Assembly: GCA_951406725.2 (NCBI GenBank)
Contig: OX597824.1
Span: 96,100,001-96,164,000, forward strand
Direction: 5' to 3'
Length of the DNA: 64,000 bases
Source: Octopus vulgaris
Taxonomy: Eukaryota
Shown here: in pieces, positions 1-12,782 of the stretch
How positions within the stretch are numbered: position 1 is the stretch's first letter
Layout of the letters: each line of letters starts with the position of its first letter
Notes under the pieces: model-generated
Told to the model about the DNA's origin: nothing
Database searches by the model: none
The model's input: only the letters and a program-made list of their open reading frames with translations
Position numbers and translations under genes: made by a program

Positions 1-101
1 TGATGGATAAACTAGAGAACGGTAATGGTTTTTATTCAAAATGTAAATAAAACTAAATAACATACAACACAGGTAAATTACTAAATTCATTTAGAGTGGT
101 A

Positions 102-483
102 CTAGCAGTATCACCCGGCGTTGCTCGGGTTTGTAAGGGAAATAACTATAAAGCATTTTTAGATAGTTATAGCCAAAATATAGCAAAAAAATGGGAAAAA
201 ATTATGGTAAATTTTTTTGAGAGTTAAAAAGGTCGAGTTGCATCCCCTAGACAGTCTGTGGTTTGTGTTTCTCATTCTCGACCCCATGTCGAATTTATCG
301 TTTTTTTTCAGAACTGGGGGAACTTTTAAAAATTTTCGCTGCGTTAGTTTTGAATTATGACATTGGGCTATGTGCGTGTCAAGTTTCATCAGAATCGGTT
401 GAAAGCCGTGGTCAGGGTGAGGGTACAACCTAACAGACACACAGACACGCACACAGACAAACTGCCGTTTATATAGAGAGAGA
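102..483 (-). mobile_element. Non-autonomous Helitron
   Basis: 5' TC(TCTCTATATAAA), 3' GC-rich hairpin CCCGAGCAACGCCGGG then CTAG; inserted between A and T; no TSD. Confidence 0.8.
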
Positions 484-588
484 TACTGTGTATTGCAATA
501 TTTGGAAATATTTTGCAGATTTAATTCAAACAGGTTGTATTTAGGAAAAGTAGACAATGTACAGAAAATTTTGTCTATACACACATAC

Positions 589-731
589 CTCGTTAAGGTA
601 ATCGATAAGTGCCAATAAGGCATTTTCGAGGTCACCACCATCTAACTCAGGCACGGTATCTGGGTAGGTGAGATCTTTATGGTAGCAGGAAGGCAGCAGA
701 TTAGGGTAGAGACCAATCACATGCGATGGAT
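589..731 (-). CDS. VPS39: VPS39 coding exon 13 (gene continues beyond position 1)
   Basis: (D)PSHVIGLYPNLLPSCYHKDLTYPDTVPELDGGDLENALLALIDYLNE; aaag/gtatgt; matches the DP.HV.GLYP.LLP...ALIDYL motif. Confidence 0.93.
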
Positions 732-924
732 CTTTTAAATAACAAATTGATAAATATAGAAGTCAATCACAAGTTTATCAGACAACAACAACAACAATAA
801 ATCATGAGAAAATTTTATTAATACAACACAGATTATAAAAATAAAACAAGTGTAATAAGATATTGCTTAAAGTATCTCTAAGGGTTTTAGTTGGTTACAT
901 CAACCCCTGAGTATTGTCCAGTAC

Positions 925-1567
925 TTGCCAGGAGCGTAACCAGCCTGCTTATGCATGCCTTTTCCTTCTTTGGTCACTAAACTCTTCTTGCGAAGACGTG
1001 TTGAGGCAAGTGAAATCAAAATCACATTCGATGATTGGCGCCCGTGCTAGCAGAGTGCAAAGAGCACCATACGAGTGTGATCATTAACAGAGTGGCTAAC
1101 AGGCTCCCGTGCCAGTGACACATAAAAGGGCACCATTCAAGTGTGAACGTTACCAGCATCGCCTTACTGGCACCTGTGCGCTTTCTAGTAGGGTGCCAAG
1201 AACACAATCTGAGCACGATCGTTGCCAGAGCAGCCAACCGGCTTCCATACCCATGGCACATAAAAGGGCACCATTTGAGCGTGATCGTTACCAATGTCGT
1301 CTTACTGGCACCTGTGCTGGTGGCATGTGTAAAAAGATTTGAGTGAGGTCGTTGCCAGTACCGCCTGACTGGCCCCCATGCTGGTGGCACGTAAAAAGCA
1401 ACCACTACACTCTCAGAGTGGTTGGCGTTAGGAAGAGCATCAAGCTGTAGAAACTCTGCCAGATTAGATTGGAGCCTGGTGCAGCCATCTGGTTCGCCAG
1501 CCCTCAGTCAAAATCGTCCAACCCATGCTAGCATGGAAAGTGGACGTTAAACGATGATGATGATGAT
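925..1567 (+). mobile_element. Family A retroelement copy (RTE 3'UTR-like, (GAT)n tail)
   Basis: gtgccggtggcacgtaaaaagcacc subrepeats and the ...gcatggaaagcggacgttaaacgatgatg end. Other copies (approx.): 5975-6508+, 7180-7573+, 9830-10147-, 10730-11062+, 17205-17528+, 21200-21350+, 21555-21828+, 24336-24535-, 25580-26022+, 29380-29776+, 40708-41210-, 41737-42080-, 48402-48685-, 54843-55125-, 55448-55770-, 55860-56025+. Confidence 0.85.
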
Positions 1568-1878
1568 AAGAGGGATGAAAATCAAATCAAAATCAAAATT
1601 AAATCAAGATTGAAATCAAAATGGAAATTGTAGTTGTGGTCGATGCCAGTGCCACCTGACTGGCACCTGTGCTGGCAGCATGTAATAAGCACCATTCAAG
1701 CGTGGGTCAATGCCAGTGCCGGTGGCACATAAAAAGCACCTTTCAAGCAGTGGACTGTGAACAACATTGCACGATGAGTCACATGTGTCACACTACAAAA
1801 ACCATTCTAAACTGTACAAGAAAAATATCAAATGTGGTGAAAGCTCAAAGAAACTAAAAAATTATACTGCAACATATA

Positions 1879-2088
1879 CGAGGGGGTGTTGAGAAGTTCC
1901 TGGCTTTAAGGGAATTGCAAAAGGCCTGGTTGGAGGCCAAGTTCTTTTACAGGGCTTAGAAAAACTGAAGGACCACTGCAATAAGTGCGTGAACCTGAGA
2001 GGGGAATATGTTAAATAAAATCATAATTAACTGATCCACCTGTATTTTTTTTACCCAAAGCCAGGTACTTTTCAGCCTCACCCCCTCG
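1879..2088 (+). mobile_element. mariner/Tc1-derived MITE
   Basis: TA flanks; ~30-bp TIRs cgaggggg...cctggcttt; internal remnant GLEKLKDHCNKCVNLRGEYVK* resembles a mariner transposase C-terminus. Confidence 0.85.
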
Positions 2089-2113
2089 TAAGCCAATATT
2101 AATTAATACAAAC

Positions 2114-2249
2114 CAGTGTCCAATTCCATGAACAATTTCATTGATGCATCAAACTGGTGCTGGCAAAATAAATGAAAAGCTTGTCTGTTCTGGATTTTTT
2201 GTAAACGTTTCTTCTTCTCTGCTTCACATTCTGACTCCATATTCTCTGC
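2114..2249 (-). CDS. VPS39: VPS39 coding exon 12 (acceptor ambiguous: 2249 or 2243)
   Basis: (AE)NMESECEAEKKKRLQKIQNRQAFHLFCQHQFDASMKLFMELDT+G; tandem AGs ttagGCAGAG; gtttgt donor. Confidence 0.88.
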
Positions 2250-2913
2250 CTAAAGAATTAATTTTATTATCGTTAAAACATTTTCTTAGTAATAAAAAAA
2301 TATTTGTGTGTGTAGTGCTAACATATTTTTGTGTATAAAGCATTAAAATAGTTACCTAAAAATACCTGTCAAGTGAGAAAGAAATAATTTGTCAATAGCT
2401 AATATTATTTTATCATTTGCCATGAAAAGTCAGAGATAACTCTCGACATGTTTCAGCCTTCCTCTGACCTTCTTAGCATGAATAAGTCACTAAGTAAATA
2501 TGTAAACTTACAAATCTATACATTTATTGATGCAAGAATATATGAAACACCATTCGAGCATGATCGTTACCTGCGTCACCTTACTGGCACTTGTGCTGGT
2601 GGCACATGAGAAAACATTCGAGCGAGGTCGTTACCATCACATGATGGTTGTAAATGAACTTCATCATCGTATAAGGAAGGGTGTTTATTTTCCAATCTTC
2701 TGTGAAAACATGTCTGGCCTGCGAGGGAGGAATATTACTTCATTGGAAACAGGTGAGGGTTGGTGACAGTAAGGGCATCCAGCCATAAAAAAAATCTACC
2801 TCAACAAATTCTCTCTGACCCATGAGAGCATGGAAAAGTGAACATTAAAACAATGATGATGATGGTGGAGGAGGAGAGAGAGATGGTAAACCATCTTGTT
2901 CTAGAATACTTAC

Positions 2914-3031
2914 CACAAGACGTAAAGCTAACTCAAATTCTTTGATCTTCACCAAGTCATTCACTTGTTCAGAAATAGGGGATTTTGTTAATCTCCAACA
3001 ATGATTGTTAGAAGCTACATACACAAGTCCA
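2914..3031 (-). CDS. VPS39: VPS39 coding exon 11
   Basis: GLVYVASNNHCWRLTKSPISEQVNDLVKIKEFELALRLV; tttcag/gtaagt. Confidence 0.93.
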
Positions 3032-6000
3032 CTGAAATAAACAACAACAAACAGCAAATGTGAACAAACTCATAAAAATGAATTCCCTTCGTTCTTGCAG
3101 GTTTTTTCACTGACTCCAAGAATTTATACACTCTCAAATTAATAGTCAATAAATCAAGACAGTGTTGGTGTTCGTTTAATGCTTAATGAATTAATGTTTT
3201 TCTCTTACTCTTTACTCTTTTACTTGTTTCAGTCATTTTGACTGTGGCCAAGCTGGAGCAGCACCTTTAGTCGAGCAAATCGACCCCAGGACTTATTCTT
3301 TGTAAACCTAGTACTTATTCTATCGGTCTCTTTTTGCTTAACCGCTAAGTGACGGGGACATAAACACACCAGCATCGGTTGTCAAGCAATGCTAGGGGAC
3401 ACACACAGACACACAAACACACACACGCATATATATATATACATATATACGACAGGCTTCTTTCAGTTTCCGTCTACTAAAACCACTCACAAGGCATTGG
3501 TTGGCCCGGGGCTATAGCAGAAGACACTTGCCCAAGATGCCACGCAGTGGGACTGAACCCGGAACCATGTAGTTGGTAAGCAAGCTACTTACCACACAGC
3601 CACTCCGGCGCCTTAGTTGAAGAAAGAAAACAAACACCTAGCGGTGTTCATTAATGATTTATAAAAAAAAAGAGAAGATTATTTTAAGAAATTGAGAATT
3701 CATTTTTAAAGTTTCCTTCTCACGTTTAACTCTTTAGCATTTAAACTGTCCAGCCCAAATATTCTGCTTGTTTTATGTTTAAACTGGCCAGATCAGGCTT
3801 CTTGCATCTATCCTTCAATGTCGTTCTAAGAATAAACAATTAGGCATAGGAATGGCTGTGTGGTAAGTATCCCTGCTTACCAACCACATGGTTCCAGGTT
3901 CAGTCCCACTGCGTGGCACCTTGGGCAAGTGTCTTCTACTATAGTCTCAGGCCAACCAAAGCTTTGTGAGTGGATTTAGTAGAAGGAAACTGAAAGAAGC
4001 TTGTTGTATATATATATGTGTGTGTATATGTTTGTGTGTGTATATGTTTGTGTGTCTGTGTTTGTACCCCCAACATTGCTTGACAACCGATGCTGGTCCC
4101 CGTAACTTAGCAGTTTGGCAAAAAAAACTGATAGGCTTACAAAAAATAAGTCCTGGGGTCGATTTGCTCAACTAAAGGCGGTGCTCCAGCATGGCCACAG
4201 TCAAATGACTGAAACAAGTAAAAGAGTAAATTACATCATGGAAATCTCAAAGCTATGAGATAAGCCATGATTAATTCAAAACAGTGGATTGACATCTCAT
4301 CCAGGGGTAAATAATATACCACAGAAAACAAAAAAAAAAAAAAAACCCCAGCCCCCTATGGATCTATATGACCCAGGAAGTAGCTTATGAGATCAGCCTT
4401 CACTATTTCCCATGTTTTCCTCTTTCGTAAATTCCTTCCATTTGAATGACTGAACATTTCTTTACCAAAGTGCCAGGCCTTCCTAGGCATCACACGTCCA
4501 TACCAGCACACGTCCAATATATTTGATTCCTGTTATAAAGTTTCTTCTCTCATCCCATTTGTGCTCTGCAACATATTTACACAAACATTTGTCTATGTTC
4601 AATGCAACATGTCTTTGCAGAATTTCTCCAGGAAGAAACCATTGGTATGTGATGTATAAGAGGAAGTTGCCAGAACATACCATATGAGATTCTGGTACAT
4701 ACCATACGAGATGCTAGTATATATCATATAAGATTTTCCAAAAAATATCATCTCCAAAAAACTCACTCCAAGTCCTATATGTGAAGTTTGGCCTATAAAG
4801 GGTAAAGACCCCCTTTTGTCACAAATGACCATGAGATTGCACCAAACAAAGTTCCCCTCTAAGGCACAAGTCCAAGCAAGGTTACTTATGGAAGACCAGC
4901 AGTCACCCATGCATATCAGCCTTCTGTCTCCATGCCACTGATGTTATCCAAGGGAAATGCAAAGGGGTGATACAACTTGACACCAGTGGAGTCGCAACTC
5001 ATTTCTATAGCTGAGTGAACTGGAGCAACATGAAATAAAGTGTCTTGCTCAAGAACACAACACACAGCCCAGTCCAGGAATTGAACTCACTACCGCATGA
5101 GTGTGAGCCCAACACTCTAACCACTGGGCCATATTACCTGCTTTAATGCGCTAAAGAATTTTTCCTCCTGAATGTACTGCTGAAATTGGGGTGTGTCTTT
5201 AATATACCCAGGCATCCTTTATGCCATCAAATACATTAACTCTACAAAAGCCATGTAGATTAGAGTTCACCTGTGTCCATCTCCTGAAGATGCTGAGATG
5301 AAGGCAGAAGAAGGCAGTTGGCAGAGCCAAAGGTAACTGCTCTTCTTTTTGCTTTTGTCTTATTTAATGGCTTCGTGAGAGGAGAAAAGAAGTGAGCCTC
5401 AGACCGGGCCTGGATACTTAAAACAGAGTGGACTTCACAAGAAGCACCTGAAGGCCCGTAGTGTCTTCAGGTGCCTGAGTGACAGATAAGTCTATCACCC
5501 AAGAACAGGAATGGTTTTATTGATGAGTTTCCATCTACCAAAATTTCATTCATAACCATTTGGTTGACAGAGGACAGAGTCAAGTATATTTATGCAATGT
5601 AACATGCAAATCCATGTGGTTGCTAAATGAGGTTTTTTAACGAGATTTTCCATAGATTAGATTAAGTTCCAAAACGAGAGAAAATGAAAGGCTAAAGAGT
5701 TTGGTGAGAATAGGGCACCAGCTTAGAGAGAAGTCTTTGAGAATGGTAGCCAAAACACGATTAGAACCAGTTTCTATGTTTTACTGATGTGACCAGAGGA
5801 GTTTACGTATTTGCTGTGTTTATTTGGAGGTGAGGTATTTGGGAGGAGGGAGTCGAATTGGGGAGGGTTTTGTTGGGTTTGTGTAGAGAATGGAATTGTG
5901 CATAAAACAGGAAGTAAACATCATGGCTTTATGCAGAGATGTGTTGTTTACTGAGCCATCTTAATAGAAATTCGACAACTGGCATCCGTGCTAGCAGGCT

Positions 6001-6624
6001 GCAAAGAGCACCATATGAGTGTGATCATTGACAGAGCGGCTAACCGGCTTCCGTGCCAGTGACATTTGAAAGGCACCATTCAAGCGTGATCGTTACCAGC
6101 GTCACCTTACTGGCACTTGAGCCCCGTGCTAGTAGGGTATTAAAAGCACCATCCATGTGTGATCGTTGCCAGAGCAGCTATCTAGCCCCCGTGCCGGTGG
6201 TACATAAAAGACACCATTCGAGCGTGATTGTTACCAGCATTGCCTTACTGGCACCTGTGCCAGTGGCATGTGTAAAAGATTCGAGTGAGGTTGTTGCCAG
6301 TGCCGCCTGACTGGCCCCATGCCGGTGGCACGTAAAAAGCACCCACTACACTCTCGGAGTGGTTGGTGTTAGGAAGGGCATCCAGCTGTAGAAACTCTGC
6401 CAGATCAAGACTGGAGCCTGGTGCAGCCATCTGGTTCGCCAGCCTTCAGTCATTCGTCCAACTCATGCTAGCATGGAAAGCAGACATTAAACGATGATGA
6501 TGATGATGTAAGACATAATTATTGAAGACAAGAATAAATTCTGTTTCGAGAAAGACTAAAGCAATAAATAAATAGTAGAATAGAGACGAAATTAGCGAGA
6601 GACTTTCGCGTAAAGGACACTTAC

Positions 6625-6745
6625 CTGCCAACACAAATGTATAACGGTTTAGGAAGCTCAATGCTTTGGATCATCAAACGAGGTTGAATAGTTCGGACTT
6701 CAACATATTTTGGAAGGACAGCAATAATGTAAGGAGGGTCGTGCA
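6625..6745 (-). CDS. VPS39: VPS39 coding exon 10
   Basis: (V)HDPPYIIAVLPKYVEVRTIQPRLMIQSIELPKPLYICVG(S); tacag/gtaagt. Confidence 0.94.
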
Positions 6746-7752
6746 CTGTAATATGTAATATGTAATATGTAATATATAATATATAATATATAATATATAA
6801 CATATAATATATAATATAATAGGTCAACAATTAATAAATGTTATAAAAACAATATGAAAACAATTCAATATCTACACAATAAACAATTCACAACAGTTTA
6901 TTGATAGTAATGCCTGCAGATACACATTATGTGTGAGGGAATTTGGCTGCTATTCTTAGCAGGCTGGGCAACCACATGAATGCATCTTTGTTGGCTCATC
7001 ATTTCACCAAGTTATGTCTCCAAGTGAAAAGCCAAGCTATTGGAACAGCTAGAGTTTGGTTTGTGTTGCAATGACGCTGCTGAATATTCACGTGAAATAA
7101 ATTTTTAAAATAATCAATGCAAAATTATGTTCTTTGAGCCTTTAGCATTTAAACTGGCCATACCTGGTCCACATATCTGGTCCAGTGCCACTGGACTGAC
7201 TCCTGTGCAGGTGGCAAGTAAAGAAACACCGTTTCAATCCTGTGCTTGAGGAGACCTATTGAGTTAAGTACATCAACATTAAAAATCAATGGAAATTGTA
7301 GTTGTGATCCCTGTGCCGGTGGCACGTAAAAAGCACCATCCGAACATGGTCAATGCCAGCACCACCTTGACTGGCTTCCGTGCCGGTGGCACATAAAAAG
7401 TACACACTACACTCTCGGAGTGGTTGGCGTTAGGAAAGGCATCCAGCAATAGAAACCTTGCCAAATCAGACTGGAGCCTGGTGCAGCCTTCTGGCTTGCC
7501 AGTCCTTAGTCAAACCGTCCAACCTATGCCAGCATGGAAAGCGGACGTTAAACGATGATGATGATGATGATGATATATTTGTCAGTAACCTGAATGGTTA
7601 AAGGGTTAAAATAATTAGGAAGGGCGTCCAGTTGTGGAAACCAAGCCAAAAACAGAACTATGGAACCTGGTACAAACTATGGAACCTTGCTAGTTCCTGT
7701 CAAGCTGTCCAATCCATGCGAGCATGGAAAACGGATTGTTAAATGATAGTGA

Positions 7753-7785
<33 letters not shown>

Positions 7786-8059
7786 CGATGGTGTGTGTGT
7801 GTGCATGTGTGTGAGCACGCGTCCTTATGTTTGTGTTTGTTCCCCCTATTGTTTGACAACTGGTGTTTGTTTATTTACATCCCCCATACCATAGCAGTTT
7901 GGCAAAAAGAGGCTAATGGAGTAAGTATTAGATGCGAAAAAAAAACAAGCCCCAGGTCAATTTGTTTCACTGAAAACCCTTCAGGGCAGTAACTCCAGCA
8001 TGGCCACAGTCCAATAACTGAAACAAGTAAAAGATAAAAAACAAACTGCAACAACTTAC

Positions 8060-8243
8060 CAAGAGCGATGGGGATGTCTGTCCACTGAAGAGGATATTTC
8101 TGACTTGGGGAACCTTCTTCGTCAATAAAGATGGACATTTCATTTCTTCCTAGAGTAATTTGATTATCAGACAATTTAGCAACAAGAGGTTCACTTCTCT
8201 TACCTCCTAAAGAGAACAGTTCTTTTAAGTTTCCATCATTTAC
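8060..8243 (-). CDS. VPS39: VPS39 coding exon 9
   Basis: VNDGNLKELFSLGGKRSEPLVAKL...EEGSPSQKYPLQWTDIPIAL+G; cttag/gtaagt. Confidence 0.94.
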
Positions 8244-8426
8244 CTAAGAAGGAAAAACAAAAAGATATTTTTGAAACAATAGATTAGCCTCAATATTTCT
8301 CTAGTTTTTCAGGCTTTGTGCCGAGAGTAGAAAAGAATGTTTCCCTAGTAAATAGTGATTTCTCAGCATGAGAAAATGCATCATTTTTGAAAACGAAACT
8401 ACCAAGCAATATTCTGTATTTCTTTG

Positions 8427-8535
8427 TTGTACAATGTCCCTCTTGTACAAATGTCCCTCTTGTACAATGTCCCTCTTGTACAAATGTCCCTCTTGCACAA
8501 ATGTCCCTCTTGTACAAATGTCCCTTTTGCACAAA
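8427..8535. repeat. 16-17-bp minisatellite (ttgtacaaatgtccctc)n, ~6 copies
   Basis: Direct inspection; lies in the short intron between VPS39 exons 8 and 9. Confidence 0.95.
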
Positions 8536-8596
8536 GTAAGAAGCAAACAAGAGCAAGAAATGAATGAACATTAAATATTGAAACTCGTTAACTTAC

Positions 8597-8689
8597 TTTT
8601 ATCACAAAATATTCTCGTTTGAATCCTACGAATATGGAATCGTTACACCAACTCATGGCTCGTGGGGTGTCGTAAAGCGATAAATCAGG
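8597..8689 (-). CDS. VPS39: VPS39 coding exon 8
   Basis: PDLSLYDTPRAMSWCNDSIFVGFKREYFVIK; ttccag/gtaagt. Confidence 0.93.
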
Positions 8690-8811
8690 CTGGAAAGGAA
8701 AAATTATTCAATATTATTATATAATTAAATAATTAGTCTATTTGTTGATGGTATATAAAATGCACCTTTTTCTGTCCAAATTCACAGAAGCAAAGTGGGG
8801 GGGGAGAAGTG

Positions 8812-8919
8812 AAAGAAGAAGAAGAAGAAGAAGAAGAAGAAGAAGAAGAAGAAGAAGAAGAAGAAGAAGAAGAAGAAGAAGAAGAAGAAGAACAACAAGA
8901 ACAAGAAGAAGAAGAAGAA
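8812..8919. repeat. (GAA)n microsatellite
   Basis: About 36 triplets with a few CAA interruptions. Confidence 0.98.
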
Positions 8920-10156
8920 GATTTTAATGGTGACACTGATTGGAGAATACTGACAGTGAAGAAGTGTAAAAGACATCAGGATCAAGAAATCCATAATCCC
9001 TGGAGATTGATGGAGTGTTGCAGAAAGGTAAGTCCTTAAAATAGGTGAGGCATGGCTGATTGAGAAGCATGCTTCCCAACCAGGTAGTCTTGGGTTCAGT
9101 TCCACAGTGCAGCACCTTGGGCAATTGTCTTTTACGAGAGCCTTGGGCCAACCAAAGCCTTGTGGGCATAAAAGGGGACAAACATGGGAAAGTGGATAAA
9201 TATGGGAAAGTTAATGTTAAAACAATGATGATGCTGATGATGATGCTGTGTGTGTCTGGACATCATGTGAGAGCTGTAAATGAGCATCACCGTCATACAA
9301 GCGAGGTTGCTCATTCCGGTTTTCCATGTAGGACATATGGGAAATATTACCTTGCTTGGAAACAAGTGAGGGTTGACGACAGGAAGTGTATCGGACCATA
9401 AAAAAATCTCCCTCAACAGATATCCTCTGATCCATATTAGTATAGAAAAAACAGACATTAAATGATGATAATAATAATAATGATTAATAAATATTGGGCA
9501 GATATAAAGAAAAAGAAAATGATAAGAAAGTGATGAGGCAAAGATGGAGATCTTTATTGATGTGAACAAATGTGGAAAGAGACAGGATCATGGGAAAGAT
9601 TTGTGTCTTTGGCAGCAGCCTGGAACGATGATCAAAATGGTAACAATGATGATGAAGGGAATATTTAGGTGCAGGCGTGGCTGTGTGGAAAGAAGCTTAC
9701 TTCCCAATCACAACATGGTCCCGTGTTCAATTCCACTGCATGGCACCATGGGCAAGTGTCTTCTACTATAGCCTCAGACCGACCAAAGTCTTGTGAGTGG
9801 ATTTGCTAGACGGAAACAACCCATCATATCATCATCATCATCATCATCGTTTAACGTCCGTTCTCCATGTTTGCACGGGTTGGACTGTTCGACCGGGGTC
9901 TGGTAAGCCATAGGAGCTGCACCAGGCTCCAGTCTGGTTTGGCAGTGTTTCTACAGCTGGATGCCCTTCCTAAAGCCAACCACTCCGTGAGTGCAGTGGG
10001 TGCTTTTTACGTGCCACCTGCACAGGTGCCAGGCGAGGCTGGCAACGGCCATGGCCGGACTGGTGCATTTTACGTGCCACCGGCACGGAAGCCAGTCGAT
10101 GCGGCACTGGCATCGGCCACGATTCGGCCGATGCCAGTGCCGCCTCGACACAAACG

Positions 10157-10226
<70 letters not shown>

Positions 10227-10473
10227 TGTGTGCCTTTGTGTCTGTGTTTGTCTCCACACCATTGCTTGACAACCAATGTTGGTGTGTTTATGTCCCTGTA
10301 GTTTAGCAGTTTGGCAAAAGATACTGATAGAATAAATACTAGGCTTACAAATAATAAGTCCTGGGGTTAATTTCTTTGTCTAAAAAACCCTTTAAGGTGG
10401 TGCTCCAGCATGGCCACAGTCAAAAATGACTGAAACAAGTAAAAGAATAAGAAAATAAAAGTAGTGGATTTAC

Positions 10474-10512
10474 CTGCATTTCCTTAAATTCCCGATTTCG
10501 CCAGTAATACAA
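10474..10512 (-). CDS. VPS39: VPS39 coding exon 7 (39 bp)
   Basis: LYYWRNREFKEMQ; tttcag/gtaaat; matches VPS39 LYFWKDREFHELQ. Confidence 0.9.
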
Positions 10513-12190
10513 CTGAAAAAGATAATTTCAACATTTCATAGATATTGGGAATGATTTTGAAAACTGGGAAATTAAGAAGAAAAGTACAAAAGCATTTGCT
10601 GGTAAAAAAAATAAATAACAGCAACAACCACTGGCACCAACAATGCCACCACCACCACCACCACCGTCATCTAACATCCATGTTTCATGCTCTGATGGGT
10701 TAGATAGTCTGATAGGATCCAAAAGGCCCAGGCTAACCGGCTTCCGTGCCAGTGGCACATAAAAGGGCACCACTCGAGCGTGATTGTTACCAGCATCGCC
10801 TTACTGGCACCTGTGTCGGTGGCATGTGTAAAAAGATTCGAGCGAGGTCATTGCCAGTGCCGCCTGAGTGGCCCCCATGCCGGTGGCACGTAAAAAGCAC
10901 CCACTACACTCTCGGAGTGATTGGCATTAGGAAGGGCATCCAGCTGTAGAAACTCTGCCAGATCAAGACTGGAGCCTGGTGCAGCCATCTGGTTCGCCAG
11001 TCCTCAGCCAAATCATCCAACCCATGCCAGCATGGAAAGCGGACGTTAAACGATGATGATAATGAATTGCATTGTACTCTGATGTCTGCATTGCTATGGT
11101 TTACATGGCTTCTTAATGCCAAATACAGACAAGATTGAAAGAGAATGTTTAAAACAACCCTTTGAATTGCATTGACGCAAACAAGGAGCTTATTAAGAAA
11201 CTGACCTTAAATATTACCACCACCATCATCATCATCATCCTCATCGTTTAACATCCACTTTCCATGCCGGTATGAGTTGGATGGTTTGAGACAGTGCTGG
11301 ACAGCAGGGAGCTGTCCGGACTCCAGCTGTCTGTTATGGCATACTTCCTACAGCCGGATGCCCTTCTTAATGCCAACCACTTAACAGAGATTGTTGGGTG
11401 CTTTTTACATGTCACCAACACAGGTGTGTTAATGCAGGACCAGCACAGGTTTGTTAATGCAGGACCAGCACAGGTGCTTTTTAAGTGGCACTTGCACCTG
11501 AAAGGACCAGCCTGTTTGTGTGGAAGGCAGCGGTTTTACTTAGCTTGGCAGCAAATCACCACATCACCTGGTCCTTCATTGTTGAAAAGTCAACAACATA
11601 CTAATTAAAATATATTTAAAGCTTAATCCTTCAGCATACAGATTACTCTGTCAAATGTATTGCTTATTTATTCACATTGTTTTGAATTAATCATGCATTA
11701 TCTTGTAGCTTTGAGATTTCAATGGTGTGATTGTATATTTTTAGAATGACATTGTAGGGTAGATGTGAGCAGCTAGATCTGGCTGGTTTTCAACATGGAA
11801 CAGGTAGGTCACTGGTACCTGATATGGCTGGTTTAATTTTTGACCTGAACACAGGATATGGATGTGTGGTTACAAAGTTTCCCAAACTATCCATACATAT
11901 TTTGTGTGTGTGTTTGTGCGCTCACACATGCGTAAGCATGTGCGTATGTGTGTGTTTGACACAACACTGCATGGTAAAAAGCACGGTGTTGGGTCAAAGA
12001 ATAATTATCAAACCAAAATAATACTGGAGTGGCTGTGTGGTAAGTAGCTTGCTTACGAACCACATGGTTCCGGGTTCAGTCCCACTGTGTGGCACCTTAG
12101 GCAAGTGTCTTCTACTATAGCCTCGAGCCGACCAAAGCCTTGTGAGTGGATTTGGTAGACAGAAACTGAAAGAAGCCCGTTGTATATATG

Positions 12191-12221
<31 letters not shown>

Positions 12222-12461
12222 ATGTTTATTTGTCTGTGTTTGTCCCCGCAACATCGCTTGACAACCGATGGTGGTGTGTTTACGTCCCTGTAACTTAGCG
12301 GTTCAGCAAAAGAGACCAATAGAATAAGTAACAGGCTTACAAAGAATAAGTCTTGGGGTCGATTTGCTCGACTATAGGCGGTGCTCCAGCATGGCCATAG
12401 TCCAATGGCTGAAATCAGTGAAAGAAACAATAAAAAGAAGGAACAAGGTGCAAATTATTAC

Positions 12462-12524
12462 CTGGATTTTTTTCTTGACAGCCACACATAATCTTAAGTG
12501 TTGTTTTTTGTTTGATTCAGGATT
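12462..12524 (-). CDS. VPS39: VPS39 coding exon 6
   Basis: NPESNKKQHLRLCVAVKKKIQ; tccag/gtaata; LR.CVAVKKK motif. Confidence 0.92.
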
Positions 12525-12782
12525 CTGGATAAAATATAAAATAAAATTAAAATTTAGAAATTATTAACAAAAATAATTAAAAAAATATCTTTCGCTTCAA
12601 TTGATAACACCAACTTACTAGTGCCACTTGAAATTTCCATACACAAGATGTCTACATTGCAGAGATTATTAAGCACTCTCTCTCTCTCTCTCTTTTCCAA
12701 CAGGAGTAGCTGTGTATCTCCTCTGCAGCAAGACACATCCATTCCTGTCGTGTATCGCCTCTACAGCAAGACACACCTTGGG

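Noticed and set aside
8733-9105. Poly-E/R/S/F ORFs
   Set aside because: Translations of the (GAA)n microsatellite in a VPS39 intron.
9867-10301. Recurrent ORFs with LQLDALPNANH or RHLPKVP...TEPGTMW here and elsewhere
   Set aside because: Translations of family A/B repeats, not genes.
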